DNA of 49,960 bases, from NCBI GenBank assembly GCA_002713325.1, contig PAWD01000008.1, positions 138,428 through 188,387 of the forward strand. The letters are read 5' to 3'. Positions 47,681 to 49,960 of the stretch are shown in pieces (within the stretch, counting starts at the first letter, position 1; each line of letters begins with the position of its first letter). The position numbers were made by a program, and so were the translations under genes. A model generated the notes under the pieces. It did no database searches. It had not been told where the DNA came from and worked only from the letters and a program-made list of their open reading frames with translations. This stretch comes from Nitrososphaerota archaeon (GTDB lineage: Archaea > Thermoproteota > Nitrososphaeria > Nitrososphaerales > UBA213).

Positions 47681-47845
47681 TTACTTCATGTTACATGTAT
47701 TGTTTCCTTTGTGATCGTTGTAATGCTGTATGCAAAAGTCCTTACTACAGTCATAACAGTGCCAGTTTGCAAGTGTAGAGCAAGTACTGCAAACAGCTAC
47801 TGGATTGTTATAATCATAGTCATGTCTGGTTTTATTGGGATTCAT
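47681..47845 (-). CDS. 54-aa Cys/His-rich cross-brace (B-box/HIT-like) mini zinc-finger protein (unannotated micro-ORF)
   Basis: Hand translation gives MNPNKTRHDYDYNNPVAVCSTCSTLANWHCYDCSKDFCIQHYNDHKGNNTCNMK*, with spacing CxxC-x7-CxxC-x4-CxxH-x3-H-x5-C. Confidence 0.35.
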   Translation of the reverse strand: MNPNKTRHDYDYNNPVAVCSTCSTLANWHCYDCSKDFCIQHYNDHKGNNTCNMK

Positions 47846-48056
47846 TACAATACCTCAAAATATAATTGTGTTATGTAAAAACACCAAGGACAATGTACTA
47901 TCATGTATATGTATTAGACCTCAGAAATTGCATCAACAATCACTTTTTGTTTCGAAATTTGTTCCGAACCCATACTATATTTCAGTGATAATATCAAGTT
48001 ATGTCTATTTAAATATTCATCCTAAAAGTTCTCAAACAGGACAAGTCTTTTTATTT

Positions 48057-48551
48057 TTATTGATGAATCAATTCATCAATATCTAAAATTCTTACACAAT
48101 ATCTGCACTTTAATATTGGTTTCAGTTTATCTATTACATCTATTATAGATTTGATCTGTTCCTTGCTGTTAGTAATACACATTGGGTTTGAGCATTTGAA
48201 TATACCAATGAATGCAATTGGAAGCTCAACTTTTCTCTTTTCTATCACTTTGTAATCACGTATTATATTAATAGTGGTCTTTGGGGCCAATAATACCAGC
48301 TTATTGGTATCATTAGATTCAAGAAATCTATTTTCAATTTTGATCATGTCTTTAGCCTCGAACTTACTACTTGGCACGTTCAAGGCTATGGTAATAACAT
48401 TGCCTTTTCTCCCTGTAATGTTGAGGGCACTAAGAACTACTAATGCCATACCAGGATCAATATGATCAATAACAGTGCCGTCTTTTATCCTACGGACGAG
48501 AAGTTGTGATTCGGACATGAGAATACTTTGTATATGTCTGTTTATAACCAT
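48057..48551 (-). CDS. pyrI: Aspartate carbamoyltransferase regulatory subunit
   Basis: LLVRRIKDGTVIDHI N-terminal domain and a 4-Cys zinc domain (CSNPMCITN ... KCRYC). The likely start is Met12 at 48518. Confidence 0.85.
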   Translation of the reverse strand: MVINRHIQSILMSESQLLVRRIKDGTVIDHIDPGMALVVLSALNITGRKGNVITIALNVPSSKFEAKDMIKIENRFLESNDTNKLVLLAPKTTINIIRDYKVIEKRKVELPIAFIGIFKCSNPMCITNSKEQIKSIIDVIDKLKPILKCRYCVRILDIDELIHQ

Positions 48552-48565
48552 ATTGTGTATATAGC

Positions 48566-49495
48566 ATGAAGAATTGCTTCTATAACAGGGACATAGTTTC
48601 GATAAAAGAATTCAATAGAGACAATCTTGACTTTATGTTCAAATCAACAGAGAAATTACAGAGCTTACATCAAAACGAAAAAATGGAACTCGCTCGAGGA
48701 AGGAATTTAGGTTATATTTTCTTCGAGCCAAGCACAAGAACAAGGCTTAGTTTTGAAGCTGCTATGATATCTATCGGGGGAAATTCGATGGGAATTGCAG
48801 ATGCAAAATCATCATCCGTAGAAAAGGGAGAAAGTTTGGCTGATACTGTTAGGGTAATTGATCAGTATTCAGATGTTATAGTATTAAGAAATCCATTAGA
48901 TGGATCTAGTAGGTTTGCTGCAGAGGTTGCGGAGAAACCGGTCATAAATGCTGGTAGTGGAACAGAAGAGCATCCAACACAAGCAATGGTAGATCTTTAT
49001 ACAATACAGAAGGAAAAGGGTAGAATAGATGGGTTGAATATAGGAATTATTGGCGATCTGAAATATGGTAGAACTGTGTACTCATTGCTTTATGGTTTAA
49101 CTAATTATGATGTTGAAATACATCTGATCTCGCCTCGCTTATTGAAGATAAGGAATGAGTCAATATTTGATGTAAAAAATAAGATCAAATTACATGAACA
49201 TGAAGTGTTGGATGATGTTTTGAAGGATCTTGATGTTATATATGTTACAAGGATACAGAAGGAGAGGTTTTCAGACATACAGGAGTATGAAAAGGTCAAG
49301 GGAAGTTACATCATTAATTCTAAAGTATTGGAAAGTGCAAAGAGTGATGTTATCGTCATGCATCCTTTGCCAAGGCTGGATGAAGTAAGCCATGATCTTG
49401 ATAATACTTCTAATGCCAAGTATTTCAAACAAGCAGCATATGGAAAGGATGTTAGAGCAACATTGTTGGCATTGGTTCTAAACGAAAATTTTTAA
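48566..49495 (+). CDS. pyrB: Aspartate carbamoyltransferase catalytic subunit
   Basis: FFEPSTRTRLSFE, HPTQ, and HPLPR motifs; 309 aa. Confidence 0.95.
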   Translation: MKNCFYNRDIVSIKEFNRDNLDFMFKSTEKLQSLHQNEKMELARGRNLGYIFFEPSTRTRLSFEAAMISIGGNSMGIADAKSSSVEKGESLADTVRVIDQYSDVIVLRNPLDGSSRFAAEVAEKPVINAGSGTEEHPTQAMVDLYTIQKEKGRIDGLNIGIIGDLKYGRTVYSLLYGLTNYDVEIHLISPRLLKIRNESIFDVKNKIKLHEHEVLDDVLKDLDVIYVTRIQKERFSDIQEYEKVKGSYIINSKVLESAKSDVIVMHPLPRLDEVSHDLDNTSNAKYFKQAAYGKDVRATLLALVLNENF

Positions 49496-49523
49496 AATAG
49501 AAAGGAAAGAGTTTACTTATCTA

Positions 49524-49960
49524 TCAACCAGCTACGCAACTACTCCAACCGCATTCTATACAACAATTACATCCTTCTATATACGCAATCTTCCCATTAC
49601 ATACTGGACACGGCTCTTCTTCTTTTTCCTTATGTGGAGCCATTGGTTGGGATAAATATTCATGTGCACTCTTTGCTCTAATCACTTTCATGACTTCGTT
49701 TTGTATAAACTCATCCTTGATGTTATTCATTACATAGTCAACGACGTAATTGCTTGGAGTCACCTCGAAAGTCCTCTTCTTCGAGTCGCTCGCTATGTGT
49801 AACACCTGCTGGTGTCTAGACCCGTCTCTGTATATGGTTACACCTTTGAGCCCTAATTCATGTGATAGTAAATATGAACACTTTACATCCTCTACAGTCA
49901 CATCGTTTGGCATGTTTATCGTCTTTGCAATCGCGTTGCTTACCCATCTTTGCCATACAG
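49524..49960 (-). CDS. nrdJ: Class II (adenosylcobalamin-dependent) ribonucleotide reductase, C-terminal part (5' end outside window)
   Basis: The reading frame stays open to the window edge (…VWQRWVSNAIAKTINMPNDVTVEDV…GLKGVTIYRDGSRHQQVL). Ends in a C-terminal Cys-rich zinc ribbon, CPVCNGK...CNCCIECG. Confidence 0.8.
   Translation of the reverse strand, partial: VWQRWVSNAIAKTINMPNDVTVEDVKCSYLLSHELGLKGVTIYRDGSRHQQVLHIASDSKKRTFEVTPSNYVVDYVMNNIKDEFIQNEVMKVIRAKSAHEYLSQPMAPHKEKEEEPCPVCNGKIAYIEGCNCCIECGWSSCVAG

Noticed and set aside
47569-47778. Cys-rich 69-aa plus-strand ORF that looks like a zinc-binding protein.
   Set aside because: It opens at a non-ATG codon, and its Cys richness is the mirror of the minus-strand 54-aa zinc-finger ORF. 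That ORF has an ATG start and an ordered ligand spacing.
39000-47900. The idea that the 39-48 kb stretch is an integrated virus, plasmid or genomic island.
   Set aside because: I could find no integrase, transposase, tRNA target or flanking direct repeats. EgtD and the Hjc-like nuclease may be ordinary chromosomal genes. The idea is kept only as context in the findings.

Overview
AT-rich (roughly one-third G+C by eye) archaeal chromosomal segment with about 55 protein-coding genes. I recognised no rRNA, tRNA, CRISPR array, transposase or integrase.

Archaeal hallmarks:
- An A-type ATP synthase locus: atpC on the plus strand, converging on atpE-A-B-D-K-I on the minus strand.
- A CoA-biosynthesis cluster with the two archaea-specific enzymes: pantoate kinase, phosphopantothenate synthetase, panB, coaBC.
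- Glycerol-1-phosphate dehydrogenase.
- Proteasome beta subunit translationally coupled to the KH/beta-CASP nuclease aCPSF1.
- Archaeal NMN adenylyltransferase, RtcA, divergent pyrI/pyrB.
- The 3' end of a class II ribonucleotide reductase, cut by the window edge.

Gene content (EgtD, ABC1 kinase, ATPase gene order, very long AT-rich spacers next to zero-spacer convergent genes) fits an ammonia-oxidising thaumarchaeon (Nitrososphaeria). That placement is inference only.

Roughly 0-37 kb is housekeeping with a few oddities:
- A solo Cas4-like 4-Cys nuclease.
- A 41-aa micro-ORF coupled to atpD.
- A candidate C/D box sRNA.
- An HNH nuclease next to a PP-loop ATPase, with an orphan methyltransferase nearby.
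- A SepF-like mini protein.

37-48 kb is the least ordinary part:
- An 820-bp ORF-free spacer with a perfect 14-bp inverted repeat.
- Two paralogous membrane-anchored WHy/LEA_2-like proteins (one here, one at 9.4 kb).
- Two secreted proteins that share a private C-terminal domain.
- A lone egtD.
- A 700-bp ORF-free block.
- A tightly spaced minus-strand array of function-unknown genes (47489->45344). It is flanked by two unannotated mini zinc-finger ORFs and followed by an Hjc-type nuclease. This is my best candidate for an undescribed module.

All functional calls come from motif recognition by eye. No database search was possible.
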